A stretch of 63,608 bases of DNA, the filler included, from Octopus bimaculoides (lineage: Eukaryota), in NCBI RefSeq assembly GCF_001194135.2. It is 5 parts of 4 records of this genome, joined end to end, with 100 filler letters (N's around TTAATTAATTAA, not from the genome) between each part and the next. Parts side by side here need not be neighbours in the genome. Positions count along the whole stretch, not along the records: positions 1 to 26,578 come from NC_068981.1; 4 more parts are not named here. The stretch is one strand, 5' to 3'. A model generated the notes under the pieces. The model was not told the origin of the DNA. It ran no database searches and was given only the letters and a program-made list of their open reading frames with translations. This document shows, one piece after another, positions 12,551 through 26,678 of this stretch. Position 1 is the stretch's first letter. Every line of letters begins with the position of its first letter. The translations under genes and the position numbers were made by a program.

Positions 12551-14809
12551 CAAGTAAAAGAATGAAAGAATACAATACATGCACTCACACACACGCGCAC
12601 ACGTGTGTGTGTGTGTGTTTGCTTGTGTGTATTTATTTGAGTGTGGGGGGTATGTGTATTACTGGCAAAAAGGGAGAGCGACAAAAGGAAATTTAGGGAT
12701 AATAGGCAATTCTCTGTTTCATGGGTTTTATTAGGTCATTGTCAATAGAGATGCAATATCATGAGGAATTGTTAATAGATCCAAAGAGTATTTTATGACA
12801 GATATTTCATTAATTCTGCTGTGAAAACCTCTATATTGCATCTTTTCATCTAGATTTGCTCTTTCTTGCCTTTACATTATTGTTATCTTCTTCAATATAG
12901 TAATGCTACTACACACTTGACACATTACAGTAAGAATGTCATCGCTTCATAATATTTTCATTAATAATATTTTTTTTGTCACCTGTTTGATCGTCATATC
13001 ACCTACTACAATTATTTTCCATAAGATATAAAGATCACATTGATCTGAGAATATTACTCGAAGTAGTTCTGATCTTTGCTGCGTTGGGTTATTTTTTTTT
13101 TAATCATTTCTAGAGAAATAGAGAATAGAGTTAAGTGTAATTTTACATTAAGAATTCTATGAATTGATGTTGTAAACCTATATCATGGCAACAAGGAAAG
13201 GAATCTAAATCAGAAAGTATCGATTATTATGCGGTGGAAATAAGATAAACTGTGAAACTAGTACGCCTAAAAATAGAGGGCATATTATAAGTATCAACTA
13301 TTCATTTATGTTATATATTTGGAATCCTGTATATTACGCTCGTTATAAATGTGATATTTTTGAAACACTGGTATAATTCCATTACTGCCTGCAATTTCCA
13401 TTGTCTACTTCGTCAACTCATTGTTAGTACTGTGAAACAAACAGCACTTATGTTAGACTTATGCGCGAAAGATACTAGAATCCCTTGTCAGAATCAGCAT
13501 ATATGTCATTTTAGAATTCCTTTTCAGCGTTAGTATATGTGTCGTACAAAACTCACATTCCGATTTTTCAAACAGAAAATATTTGTCTTTTTGAGACCCG
13601 ATGAAGGAAACTCAAATATATTATGTACAGTAGAGCTGCGTATGATTAGGTTCCACTTTACAGTTAGGTGAACCGATATTGTAGTATTAGTTATAGAAAA
13701 ACACTCTGAATTTAGTATTTTATAAACTATTTAGTCGAGCATTAAATATTGAATTTCCAGTTTTGGCGGTGAGTAAAACTGTGCATCTATTTAGCGATTA
13801 AAATCTAGTTTTCCTGATTTATTCAATGTACTTAACTCATGTATGTTTCATGAGGAGCATTTGTCTAGCGTCGGTTAACATACCGCTTGTAGTGAGATGA
13901 AATTGCACTTTACTAAATAGTATGAGATCATGCAAACGTATTAGGATGTGTACGGAATAAACAACTCAGGAGCCTATTCACTGTATACGTTATCATATAG
14001 AATCTCATGAACGAGAACTTGAAGGACTGAGTCGAACTTAAACGGTTAGCATTTCCATGAAATACCAATGTTATCTCCTGCAGATTCATTGAGTGAGTAC
14101 GTACTTCACAGCTGTTAGGTGAATGTGAGTATCATCAAATCAATCTTCATCTCCTTTCCTAGAAATATCTAGTTTAAAGTCAGTAATTGGTTAACATTGA
14201 TGCAATTAAGTGCTGATTATCCTCGGCTGACAATATGCTATCTCTCCCATCGATGTAAGAAAGACGAACAAAATAATAATAAAACGCTCTTCCTAAATGA
14301 AAATAAAATGTATTAATCACTTCACTTCAATACAAATGACGTATCGTGACATATAGTAAATTAACCAATTTTTTTTCTCATACGCTAAATATAGCACCAC
14401 CACAACATTTACAGCAAAAACAAACATACCAAAAATTACAATATATCATTCCAAAAAAAAACGCACTTGCTATTTTCAAGGAACATACGCCTTCAGATCG
14501 CATGCATAATGCAAAAAGCATAACTATAACTATAACATCTTGCAAATTGCGCCTGTTGATATTGTATTACAGTCCATTTCTTACATTTCATATCTCAGCA
14601 ACTAAATTCACTCTAATGCACAGCTATTTCTGCAATTGTCAACTAAATCTCTCCGATCCTTCCCAGTCAGAAGTAAAAAGGGACACTTAAACAGAGATAT
14701 TAGTTCAGTATCATTCGGCATATTAATGCAAGAACTATGCTGGGTAGAATTGGGCCTTTGTTTGTCTTCTGCCCTGATCTAATCAAAATGCTTTGCTCTC
14801 CTTCCTTAC

Positions 14810-14867
14810 ATACGTCGCCGGATTCTATAGAGCCAATAAGGGAAACTCTACGTGTTTGTTTAAATAG
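14810..14867 (-). CDS. Candidate 58-nt exon (phase 0 to 1): LFKQTRRVSLIGSIESGDV
   Basis: Acceptor atatgctgttttag|, donor T|GTAAGG; only one frame open; would splice in frame to 4970-5110. Confidence 0.25.
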
Positions 14868-16294
14868 CTAAAACAGCATATAAATTATGTAGGATACCGT
14901 TTCTCCTCTCTTAGAAATGAAATGGGACTTTGGGGTTTGTATAAATGACGAGAAGGAAAACATAATTGAGATATCATTAACCGTATGTCCACTTGCTTAA
15001 GGTGATGAACCCGAATAATAAATGTGCGTATAAACAAATGAGGGAAATATTATGTAGTCATTCATCCTGATAGTAAAAGTCACCAATACTTTTTTAATTA
15101 TATTAGCTATTTATATAATATAGTCTGAGAAAAATCGTCTGTAAAAAAGCAGGATCATCGCTTGTAGAATTTGTTTGATCGTTATTCTATTCAATCAATG
15201 CCTACCTGGGGCTAAATAATAACGATGTGTGAAGAGAAATAAACAACATGGTCAAGAGTGAGTACAAAATACCTAGACTGCAATATTGCACTCCGAATAA
15301 CCGAATAATAACCATAGAATATGCATTGTTGTCCTCCGTTAAGTAGTGGTATGGTATATTAGGGACAATAAGTATGTAGGCTGTGCAATATTGTTCGGTC
15401 GTCAGATTATGCTCGATCAAAATATACAACAACAAAAAGATGGCGTACTCTCTTATCGATGACTCTAATTACCTAAACTGATCACGGTTGGGTAGCCATG
15501 GAGCATTACGTAGCCGTGATTTGTCAGTGCACAGAGCTAAAAAATGTTCTCACTTGGCAAGAAGAGACTGTTTCATAAGATCAGAAACATATACGGGTTA
15601 TGGAGAAACGGGGAAAGGTGAGTAGTCTGAAGATTGTTTAATAGAATAAAAGGAATTTTTGAATTTCATGAGAATCGAAAGCAGCTCGTGTGATTACTGT
15701 GCAGAGAGGGAGAGAGAGAATGAGAGCGAGAGATGGGAGAGAGGGAGAGAGAGAGGTGTTTTACTTGGCTTATCCATTAATTCTCATTTTCATATCTGCG
15801 AGATAAACATTGTGAAATGTTTACGCTTTCCCGAAGGGAAAATCGTTATGTAATACATAAATTTTCTTCGACTGGAATCTCATCGGATATTAATGGATAA
15901 TATTATAAAATAGACAACTCCTCATTTTATGACATTCTTCATCAAATACTAAATATTTCAACGTAGTTAATGGCAATGATAAAATATTCGATAAAAATGA
16001 CTCTAGATCCTCATTAATCCCCTTCAAATATCAAATCAAACTAATCATGTTGCTACATCTATATAAAATGCTATTTAAACATAGGAAACTATATTTTAAA
16101 ATCACCTTCCAACAGTGAACAGAAACCTTCTCTATAACGAGTAACATCGATATCACACCGCTATTTCAAGCAATGGTAGCACCTTAGGTAATAACATTTT
16201 CGACAAATGAAATAGAAATGCCAAAAGCAAACAGTAGCAATAGGATCTGCTACAAGGCCTAGACGTGGACGCATCAAGAATAAATAATGAAAAC

Positions 16295-16827
16295 ATGGTA
16301 ATTTTCGCTTTCATTTTCTTATTTGCTATCGTGGTGTGCTCAATCAAATGTGTTGCAAAGTAAATATTAGAATCTCTTATTGAAGAGTTTGAATCTATAG
16401 GTTTTGATAAGTACGTCTAAAACTAACACATTTTAGACAGAAGATATTCTGTTAATTTAATTGGGATTTTATACACTGAGCAGGAAATTGCGTGGATAGT
16501 ATTTAGTAGACGAATGATAATATATTAGGTAAATCTTGCGTTGGGCTTCATATAAAGAAGCCCGTTCTAGCCATTAATATTGCCAATGTATCAAAATATA
16601 AAAGGAAACTGACTGCTAAGTTAACGAATTATACATGGTTGATGCTTTTGTCTTGCTTAAAAAAAACATTATATGAAGCTGAAACTGTTGAGTTCCAACA
16701 AAAGGGGAAAAAACCTAGTTTCAAAGCGATGCCATAATAATGAAAATATTTAAAGCAAATATAGATACTGGTTATCGTTATCTCTTTTAATTACAGATGT
16801 GTATTTAATTTGAATGGTCCACGATGA
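16295..16827 (+). CDS. Candidate two-exon micropeptide (16295-16359 + 16797-16827): MVIFAFIFLFAIVVCSIKCVAKCVFNLNGPR*
   Basis: aaacATGG start, hydrophobic signal-like stretch, AA|GTAAAT donor, strong acceptor tctcttttaattacag|, matching phase 2, AATAAA at 16836-16841. Confidence 0.2.
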
Positions 16828-17209
16828 GAAAAATCAATAAAAAGAAGTAATAACTGAGACTATTGATTGCTTTGGCGAACAGAGATATATCTATCTGCCA
16901 TTAGGATAATCTGTTAAATGTGCCTGAAATTTTTCAATTGTTAAAACGTTCTGGTTTCTGATAATATGAACTGTTATGCATTTTATAGTATAACTATTTC
17001 AAATACGAGCAGTTTTAAAATCTTAGAAAGACAACTTAACGTGGGAACATATTTAAAGTTAATATTTTGGTGCATGGAAAACTCCATATCATAACAAGTC
17101 GCATGGGAAGATTGTCATCATACCCCATTTCATGAGTGTCTTTCAGTTCACCAGGATTTCTATCAACAGGCTGATAAAAGTAGCAACAACACGGTACATC
17201 CATAATTGC

Positions 17210-17210
<1 letters not shown>

Positions 17211-17277
<67 letters not shown>

Positions 17278-17671
17278 GCATCCGTCGGTCTCGAGAGGGC
17301 ATAGATCTGCGCCCGAAGAAATCGTGTCACCTGCTGATGGTGGTGCAGCGTCTGTTGTGGCTGTAGAAGCTCACAGGAGAGTGGCGGTCATGCATACAGC
17401 GACTACATTTGAAGGACTTCTCCTCCGACGCTACTGGTTTTTCCTACGCTTTTGTTTGGTGACAAGTTCCTCATTTTATTCTACTCCCCGGATTCCCTTT
17501 CGCAGTATTTGTGTCAAGCGTGGGTGATCTTTAGCGATGTACTCCAATCGCAGGACGTCCAGATCAAGCGACTTCATATTTCTCTTGCAAACGACCCCGA
17601 AACGAAGATGGAGTCGTCCTCGTGCTCTTGTTCCGGTGTCCAAAATCTCCATGCAGGAGGTCTTTTGGGGT
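17211..17671 (-). mobile_element. RTE-clade LINE 3' end with (ACT)n tail
   Basis: PKDLLHG / GTRARGRLHLRF..VCKRNMKSLD / FKCSRC..RHS.VSFYSHNRRC, then ctctcgagaccgacggatgccc(act)n. Confidence 0.85.
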
Positions 17672-17708
17672 GCTGCTGCTGCTCCTGCTGCTGTTACTGC
17701 TACTACTA

Positions 17709-17742
<34 letters not shown>

Positions 17743-17789
17743 CGCTGCTGCTACTGCTGCTGCCCTGTTGTTGCTGCTGTTACTACTTC

Positions 17790-18100
17790 TGAACACATTT
17801 CCTGTAACGTTGATTCAGAAGATCAGATGGGAGAACATACCAACAACAATGGCAAGATGCAAGGTCATTTTTCCCTTACTTTCATAGAATTGTATAGCAC
17901 ACACTGATGACCAAATACAACTGATTATGCCATCTTCTGCTAGTAGAATAAAGGGCATGTGTTACGAAGATCACAAAGGCAATAGATACACTGAAACCTA
18001 TTAAAAACATAGGCTCTGACCGATGCTCAGCCAGGAACCTGAAGACATGTCCATGGAACCAAACGGCCTTCTGCATTACCTCTTTCACATACTCTTCAAA
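17790..18100 (+). mobile_element. Possible highly degenerate CR1/Jockey-group RT fragment
   Basis: ITKAIDTLKPIKNIGSDRCSARNLKTC resembles the L.P.KA.GPDG..AR.LK.C motif; many stops. Confidence 0.3.
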
Positions 18101-19583
18101 TGTGATCTGTTTTCAGTCTGGTGAATGAATGTTTCGGTGATTCGTAATTACTAGAATCACTCTAGCGCTGAAACATCGAAATCCCGACCGAAAACGTTAC
18201 TCACTATTACCAATAAAATAACGGGGTCTATGAACCAGATATTAAAATGATCTGCTAAACAACTAACCCACAGAACGATTCATATTCTGCCTCAGATGTG
18301 GTGTTTTCGATGTTCTAATTATTTCTAGGAGAAATAGAACAATTTCAATTTAAGCCATTGTTTGTGGAGATAGAGGATCAAACAGTGAATAAAACAAACT
18401 TTAAAGTTTGTTAAATCCATCAAGGTCAGTCTTTCATATCAAAACTCTAATCTCTCTCAAATGTGTGCATTAACCTCAAAAGGGCCAATACTAGACCAGC
18501 TCATGTTTGTAAAATTAATAAAGGTCCCGGTCAAAATCTTTGAAATTTGCTATACGCAAATAACCCAGGTACTGGTTTCTCACTTAAGTCGCAAAGAATG
18601 CAATGAAGCAACAGAGAGCTGGCGAGGATTAAAATATAGATAGATGGTTACAAATACTATTTGAATAATCAGAATGAAAATAAATGTGTTATAATGGTAA
18701 CAGATACTATCAAACTTTATATATCACTTTGGGATCGGAGATTATCTATGAAAAACAGCATGTGCAAGTATGAGTAACAGTCTCATGTGGGGAGAAAATA
18801 TCTCGAATATATACGTTTAACAAACTGTGAAGCTATTTGGCCCATTGAAGAATTGTAGGCAATCTAGATTACAAAGCAATGAGTATCAAGTTGGAAGTGT
18901 TCTAGAGAACACCTGTTTTGCAGATCATCGTCTCAGAGATGTAATCAATCAATTCCTTTTGGTCTGAAACTAAAATATTATGATAATTGTGTTTGACACG
19001 AGAAGTCTCTCTAGTAAAAACATACACCACAGAAGAAAGTGTGTTGCATCAACAGTTTTCTGCATCATGCGAGCATGCTACAATCCATGAACTAGAGGAA
19101 TGTTTGCTGCCTCAGCATTAAATATGTTTTCAAAGGGCCGGTTTCTTATTAACTGTGCATAAACTCTCAATATCCAATATCTGGACTCAGATTGTGAGCA
19201 AGAGCCTTTTGAACTTGTCTATCATAATTTGGAACAAACTACCAGAGACTCGGCTGAACGAATTCAGCCTATGTAATATGTACTTTTAAATGCTGAATGT
19301 TCAAAATTTATCGTCTATGTCACGTGAAGTGCTATGAATCAACACTTGGAATCCAATAACCAACATTTTGTTGTTATTCATAAATGCATTACAAAATTTT
19401 CTTAGCGAAAATTGGTGACCTTCAAATTGAACTGGTGCATCAATGCTGCATATGACAACAGACATGTAAACAATTGGTGAAAACATCAATACATTTAGAG
19501 GTTTATAAATTATTATTGCATAGAAATCACAATTAAATTTACAATTTTAGAGAACTGGCTGATAGCTTTTATATAATAATTAC

Positions 19584-19659
19584 CATATATTAATTGTCGC
19601 ACTATTTCATTGTTTATTAGAGTGTATTTGACCAGCAGTTGATGATTAAATATGTAAAT
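19584..19659 (-). CDS. Candidate 76-nt exon (phase 0 to 1): IYIFNHQLLVKYTLINNEIVRQLIY
   Basis: Strong acceptor ttttaaattttctattgcag|, donor G|GTAATT, single open frame. Confidence 0.25.
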
Positions 19660-19794
19660 CTGCAATAGAAAATTTAAAACGCAAAAATACTTCAACCGAT
19701 TTATTATTATGAATGAGTTAACTAATGAGTCTCTAAACTAAAATGATATCTGACACTACTAGTAACAATTTGAAGCAGAATAAAGTAAGAAATA

Positions 19795-19990
19795 TTCTTT
19801 CTTTTTTTCTTTTACTTGTTTCAGTCATTTGACTGCGGCCATGCTGGAGAACCGCCTTTAGTCGAACAAATCGACCACACAACTTTTGTAAACCTAGTAC
19901 TTATCCTATTGGTTTCTTTTGCCGAACCGCTAAGTTATAGGGAATTAAACACATCAACATCGGTTGTCAGGTGGTAACGGAGAGACAAGC
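19795..19990 (-). mobile_element. SINE family B, 3' half
   Basis: gtcatttgactgcggccatgctggag...gtttctttgccgaaccgctaagtta, same as 30280-30450. Confidence 0.85.
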
Positions 19991-20494
19991 ACAGATTCAC
20001 ACAAATATATAACAACGATAAATGCGTCTATAGAAATGGAAAATGACTAATGTAAATTGTAGACTATTTTCAGAGTAATGTATAAGGAACAACATCTCTC
20101 ACCCTACACCATAGGACATATTTTCCAAGGCTTTCAAACACACGCAGTATAACTTGAGTGTCTTTAATATCTTATCCGCAATTTAAGCAACAACATCATA
20201 TAAACTATATGTTATACAGTTCTCTTTTTTTAGCTTTCCTTCGTAGAGCACTCGTAGTAATTAACTTTTTAACAGTAATGTGTCACGAACAATTTGTCTG
20301 CTCTTCGTCAGAATTATGGATACTCGTTGGGTAGAACCATGCGATGAAGCAATTAGAAGATAGCTTTGTACGTTTGTTTCTTCTCCGTGTTTCAAGAGCC
20401 TATTCAAGTTTTGTGAACGAAAATATACAGTGCTCCGCAGTCGATAGATTTCCCATTTTATTATGTCACAGCTTCGTTCCTATATAATATATAA

Positions 20495-21395
20495 TCTTAC
20501 TATAACAGGTATTATGTTCGTCTGTCTGTCCGACTGTCTGCTTGTTCCCTCTTCACAGTCAATTGGCTGAACCAATGGTCACGATGTTTTTCGGGATTAC
20601 GAAGGAGATAATTAGGAAGGTCTTTAGCAAAACAATAAAGAAGTGAAAAACTATGATTATTTAGTAGGTATTGAGGTCTATATTAATAATTCACCTTTGA
20701 TTTTTTTTTTTTTTGTTAAAATTACGGCGACGAGGATTAACTTTGTATTTCACCCCCGTATAGTTCGTGAATTTAGACGGTTTAGATTTGTGATATTGTC
20801 CCTTTATTTCCCATCGTTGATGGGCACATCTTACTATAGTGGGCATTATGTCCGGCTTTCTGTCCATCTGTCCGTCTTTTTGTCTGTTCCCTCTTCACAG
20901 CCAGACGGCTGGATCAATAGTGACGATATTTTTCGGAATTACAAAGGCGGTAGTAAGGAAGATTTTTAGCATTAAAAAATATCAGAAATTATGATTATTT
21001 CGTGGATATCGATTTTTGAATTGATAAACCACATTCGCATTTTTATTAAAAATTCACCGAGCATGAGCAACTCATCGTATACTTTCATCGTATATTTCGT
21101 AGATACGGGGGAGGTTGCGAGGCGGCTAATAGCGAAAATAAAATGGGAAAGTGTGTGTCAGTATATTGTGTTTGTGAGTATTTAGTGGTTATTGACGTGT
21201 GTTAGTCTCGAGCAGGTTTCGAAACGGCTAATCGATGCAGCTGTTATTTACATCTCAGTTTTGTCAAATAATCCACGGTACCAGAACATCCAGATATTAT
21301 TTGCTTAGAACAGTGAGAGGTATGTTTTAATGGACTTTTGGCAAGCTTAAAGTTTCCGCTCGCGCATTCACAGCAAACAAGGCTCAGAGCTAGTT
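20495..21395 (+). mobile_element. Non-autonomous Helitron-like repeat with duplicated 5' module
   Basis: Two copies of tcttactata...tctgtcc...gttccctcttcacag...ggctg (~20495-20630 and ~20830-20975); possible CTAG(T) 3' end near 21390. Confidence 0.45.
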
Positions 21396-23323
21396 ATACG
21401 TAGAGCAACGGACACCAGTAATTTGAAAATTAGCGTCAGCCAAACAAAATATCGTCCACAGAGAAGTTTTTTATCGAAAGGAATACGATTCATAATTTAA
21501 ATAAGGAAATTTGTGAACTTTGAATGTATAAAAGTATAAACAAGCGTGAAATAGTGTAAACAACTAAAATAAAAGTATATTTAAATAACATTTTGTTCTT
21601 AATACTTCATGCAGTGGTCGAAGGAAGCTTTGGCTTTTAGGAGTGGTCTACATAACCATTCATGATACAGATCCTGGGAGCTTATTTATCGTCATTACGT
21701 CACTTAGTCGAAAACACATGTCATATAGCTGCAACTCTAATAAATCACTCAGTAATCTATCAAGTCCATTTACACATTTCTCAATACATACTGCTGTTAT
21801 TACTTCCCTCCCTCATTTTATGCCATCGTAGAAGGATAAAATTGCGAGTTTATATGATACATGGCGAGATCCGTTGCACAAAATGTCGAAGCACCACTGA
21901 AGTCATGCTGCACATTTAGTCTTCAGTTACTCATTAATACCATAAGCATACACTTAACCGAAGGAGCAGAAAACAACCCACTTGCATACGTCTATTCTTT
22001 TCCAGGCATACACAAACATCACATTTCCTATTTCAAAATGGTTATAAATTGATTCCATTGAACACGAAATAGAACTGTAACTTCTTAAATGAAGTAGTAT
22101 ATGCTCTCTGACAAAATTGCAGCATTATCCCTGATTAATGTAATCTACTATTGGAAGGAATTAAGAAAAGGTATGATGGATATTTACTCTCTAGTATAGT
22201 AATGTCTTGGAAATGATTATAGGGAAACGTGAATTGAAAGGAAAATTAAATATTTAAATACATAGGATTTAATTTTATAACACTGCCTGCGGTTTCTCTA
22301 CAAGGAGAGGAATTCAAATTAAAACGTTTCATCTTGATGTAACACTTCATGCAGCATCTATCGGAATATTGATTCTATTTAAAGACCTTCATCAATGGGT
22401 AGGGGGTACTTGGATTCAACAGTTCTAGTATGCAGTGACAATGAACAAATGCACACAGGTACTCTAAAATCAAATAAATTGATCATTCTAAAATATTTAG
22501 AAATTTCAATGGATATATATATATATATATATATATAATACAATGAAGGCAGCATACTTTTTCATAATTGAGTTAAATTCTCAATAAAAAATTCTTTCAA
22601 TGTACTCTATGAAATTTTCTTTATCTTTTAAAGGAAGTTATCAGTTATTTTCTCAGTATCTGAAGCAGTTTCGTGGAAAAAGATAATAATCAGTATTTTT
22701 GGTTGTTAATTCATGTAGATATTTTGTAGTAAACTAACATTATCAAAAAAGCCTACCTAGATCAGTATTCTTATTTGAAAAAGCATACACATGNNNNNNN
22801 NNNNNNNNNNNNNNNNNNNNNNNNNNNNNNNNNNNNNNNNNNNNNNNNNNNNNNNNNNNNNNNNNNNNNNNNNNNNNNNNNNNNNNNNNNNNNNNNNNNN
22901 NNNNNNNNNNNNNNNNNNNNNNNNNNNNNNNNNNNNNNNNNNNNNNNNNNNNNNNNNNNNNNNNNNNNNNNNNNNNNNNNNNNNNNNNNNNNNNNNNNNN
23001 NNNNNNNNNNNNNNNNNNNNNNNNNNNNNNNNNNNNNNNNNNNNNNNNNNNNNNNNNNNNNNNNNNNNNNNNNNNNNNNNNNNNNNNNNNNNNNNNNNNN
23101 NNNNNNNNNNNNNNNNNNNNNNNNNNNNNNNNNNNNNNNNNNNNNNNNNNNNNNNNNNNNNNNNNNNNNNNNNNNNNNNNNNNNNNNNNNNNNNNNNNNN
23201 NNNNNNNNNNNNNNNNNNNNNNNNNNNNNNNNNNNNNNNNNNNNNNNNNNNNNNNNNNNNNNNNNNNNNNNNNNNNNNNNNNNNNNNNNNNNNNNNNNNN
23301 NNNNNNNNNNNNNNNNNNNNNNN

Positions 23324-23377
<54 letters not shown>

Positions 23378-23391
23378 TGTTTGTGTCTTTG

Positions 23392-23585
23392 TTTGTCCCT
23401 CTGTTACCGCTTGACAACTGGTGTTTGTGTGTTTACTTTCCCGAAACGGTTCGGCAAAAGTGCCCGATAGAATGAGTAACAGGCTTTAAAAAAAATAAGT
23501 ACTGGGATCGATTCATTCAACTGGAAATTCAAGGCGATGCCCCAACATGGCTACAGTCTAATGACTGAAAGAAGTAAAAGATAAA
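23392..23585 (+). mobile_element. SINE family B, 3' half, preceded by (TG)n
   Basis: cgcttgacaactggtgtttg...ggttcggcaaaag...catggctacagtctaatgactgaaa. Confidence 0.8.
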
Positions 23586-25164
23586 AAATATATATATATA
23601 TATAGACCGAAATCTAAATTTGAGAAGATGGTGAGGGAATATTCTTCATGTGTTCAATAGAATTTGTTCTCCTGTTTCATATCCACACTTGTTGTAGTCT
23701 GGTTGCCTGTTTTCTTGTTCTTTCCTTTTTATCTGGTGTGACCTTGCATGCTAGGTCCTTGACGTCACCAGATAGAACTAGTTACAGGGTAATAAAAATT
23801 ATATTGTTTGTACACTGTTAAAATTTAATGTAGTCACACTGTCAAACCATGATGTGAACATGAAGCATATCGTACATGAAAAATGAAATATCATTACGGT
23901 GCTTTCAGATTTAAATTCATGTAACACAGTGGATATGAAATAATACTGCTAATTATTAAGTTTCGACTGAGTTCAAACATTAAATTTATACCTTAGATGC
24001 ATAAACAATATTTGAATGAAAAGAAGTTAGAACTCACTTGTAATCAGTAACTAATTGTTGAACTGAAAGATATTCAGATTTAGAATCTTGTTCAAAGATT
24101 AAATCTAGCTACGGAAAAGAATAATTTTACTGCCCAACAGGACATGTATTTGTCATTACATTGTTACCAAGTTATACATCATCCCCACCTTGATTGAACT
24201 TGTATATATATATATATATATATATACGTATGAATATATGTATATATGTATCTATGTATGATATATACATGTGTGTGTCTGTATGCTGTATGTCTGTATG
24301 TATATACATATACAACGTATGTATATCAAAGGCAATGAAGTCTCATGACACTTGAACACTGAGTTTTATTAGAAACACACATTTATCAATAATCACACAT
24401 ACATAATATAAAAATTCAATACACAGGCGGTTCGTATTTACATTTGTGATAATATTTTGAGGCATTTGCTTTCAACTATAGCCGTTTCCGTTACTTGTGA
24501 TTTTTATATAAAAGTACTATATAAACTAATATACAAAGTAATAACAAACATGTCATCCAATCGACGCATGCTCAATATTATTTATGTACATATTTGTCTC
24601 CAGGAAAATGTCTGCATATATCAAATTATAGAAAAGTACTGCGTCTGAAGCCAGCAGTGAAACAGAAAACAAATAAAGATTTTATCATGTTTATGCTTTT
24701 GCTGTTGACTTTTCATTCATTTTACAATGAAAATGAGTTACTTCGAAGTTGATATGTAGTGATGCAGCACAAACATCAAAGAACAGATTGATATTGGTGG
24801 GAATAAAGTTGAAAAATATCATATTTGTTATTTGTTTCGGTCATTGTCCTTTTAGTGGTCATCATTTTAACTTTTGCTAATTTTTCTTTTCTTTTGCCTC
24901 TTTCCTTTATAGTATGGGGTTCTCTGCAAGAGATGTAGTAACAAAAACATGGGTTGCAAACTCATGGCACCTTACTTATTTCAATTGTACAAAGTTTCAA
25001 ATAATTTGTTTGATTGTTTGTCCTTTTTCATTTTGAATAACCTAATATAAATATCGAAATAGCAAGGAAATTTCAAGGCAATCCAGCTACAGAGAAACGA
25101 AAGTCTCTTTATTTGAGGTTTCGTCTAACAAGAGATTATGGTGAAGAAGATATGCATATCTCTG

Positions 25165-25716
25165 ATTCGTGGAAAGTCCGATTGTGGTGGTTTTGTACGT
25201 AAGTTCAAGCTGGATCAAGCCTCGACCTCCCTGAGCTCTGGGGAGGTAAAGACGATCCACGTCTGCCTTTGGATGGTGCATCTTATTACAAGTCAGTAGC
25301 TTGCGGATTTTTCTATCAATTTTGACTATTTCACTGGTATTCCAGTTAAGCACATTGAAGCTATAAAGAACAACTGGGACTGCTAAGGAATTTATGGCTA
25401 ACACCTTATTATATGCATTCAGTTCAGACTTCAGAACTGCTCGAACTCTTCTATAACATTCCTTCCTAACCTTCTCTTTCATGCTTGCATGCTGGATACC
25501 AGTGACTTTTGCTTTGTATGTGTACAAGTTAACTCCAAGTCTCACCCAGTTGTCTCAAGAAACAACATGCAGGTGTTATGTCTAGGGTGTCACATATTTG
25601 GTTTTGCACATAGTATTGTTCTACAAAATGTTTAAGAAAACAAGAAAATTATAAGTTTGTTTAAAAATTTGAGATTACATACACAGTTTTTTACGTAGGA
25701 TATGGGCAGTTTCATA

Positions 25717-25720
<4 letters not shown>
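25165..25720 (-). mobile_element. R4/Dong-like LINE chimera: 3' end (25503-25720) fused to an internal RT-thumb fragment (25165-25502)
   Basis: ETAHILRKK* plus a 3'UTR ending caaagcaaaagtca, followed directly by KECYRRVRAVLKSELNA..HHPKADVDRLYLPRAQGGRGL. Confidence 0.85.
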
Positions 25721-25925
<205 letters not shown>

Positions 25926-26578
25926 GAATAATATATACATATAAACATATATACATATATACATATATACATATATACATATATACATGTCATTTACTGC
26001 AAGAGTTATGGCCAGTACGGGATTCATATCATACAGTTAAGGACGTTGAGGTCTTGAAACATTAATTCCCTTAGGAATGACATTGTCTCAATCAAACCCT
26101 ATAAACTCTCATATAGATTTATGGAATTATTTAATATGAAATATATTAAATTCAGTATTGCAGTGTCTTTATTTTTCCATCTCAGAAAGAAAAGCATTTT
26201 TTCTCACGTATTGAAAAAGCGAATACTTCCATGGATATATGCATGTATATTGCTGTAATTGGGAGTGTCATATTGCCAGCATAAACACTCGATTGTATTT
26301 CATATCTAAATACCGTTATAAATCAACTGGTTGGTTAACTATTTCACTAAGCAACTGCTTAATCATTTGTTTTTACCAATTTACTTGTTTGCTTCTCAGG
26401 GACATTTCGTTGCCATCATGTTATCTGTTTTAATTGAACGTATGATAGTGTTAGGCTTTAAGCTGCATGTTTTTAAACATATATTACATTATGCACTTCT
26501 TGCAGTTTATTTTTGTTGTAAAATTCGTCAATCCAACATCAATATATGTATGTATGTATATATATATTTATATATATA

Positions 26579-26678
26579 NNNNNNNNNNNNNNNNNNNNNN
26601 NNNNNNNNNNNNNNNNNNNNNNTTAATTAATTAANNNNNNNNNNNNNNNNNNNNNNNNNNNNNNNNNNNNNNNNNNNN
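26579..26678. other. Artificial scaffold-join spacer 44N-TTAATTAATTAA-44N
   Basis: 12-mer at 26623-26634 with stops in all six frames, symmetric N flanks. Confidence 0.9.

Noticed and set aside
13557-13705. 149-nt open minus-strand segment with AG and GTGAGT boundaries
   Set aside because: Weak pyrimidine tract; splicing from 14810 would create TAG; the + strand ccgatgaaggaaac looks repeat-derived
15498-15618. gccATGG start with a downstream AAG|GTGAGT donor
   Set aside because: In-frame TAA after 26 codons, before the donor
17452-17907. 151-aa Cys/Tyr-rich ORF that looks like a keratin-associated or toxin-like protein
   Set aside because: It is the antisense of an RTE 3' end plus (CTG)/(CTA)n repeats
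20240-20490. ~70-codon open frame on the minus strand
   Set aside because: Alternate frames read like a decayed LINE C-terminus (IYRLRS...LETRRRNK); no convincing donor
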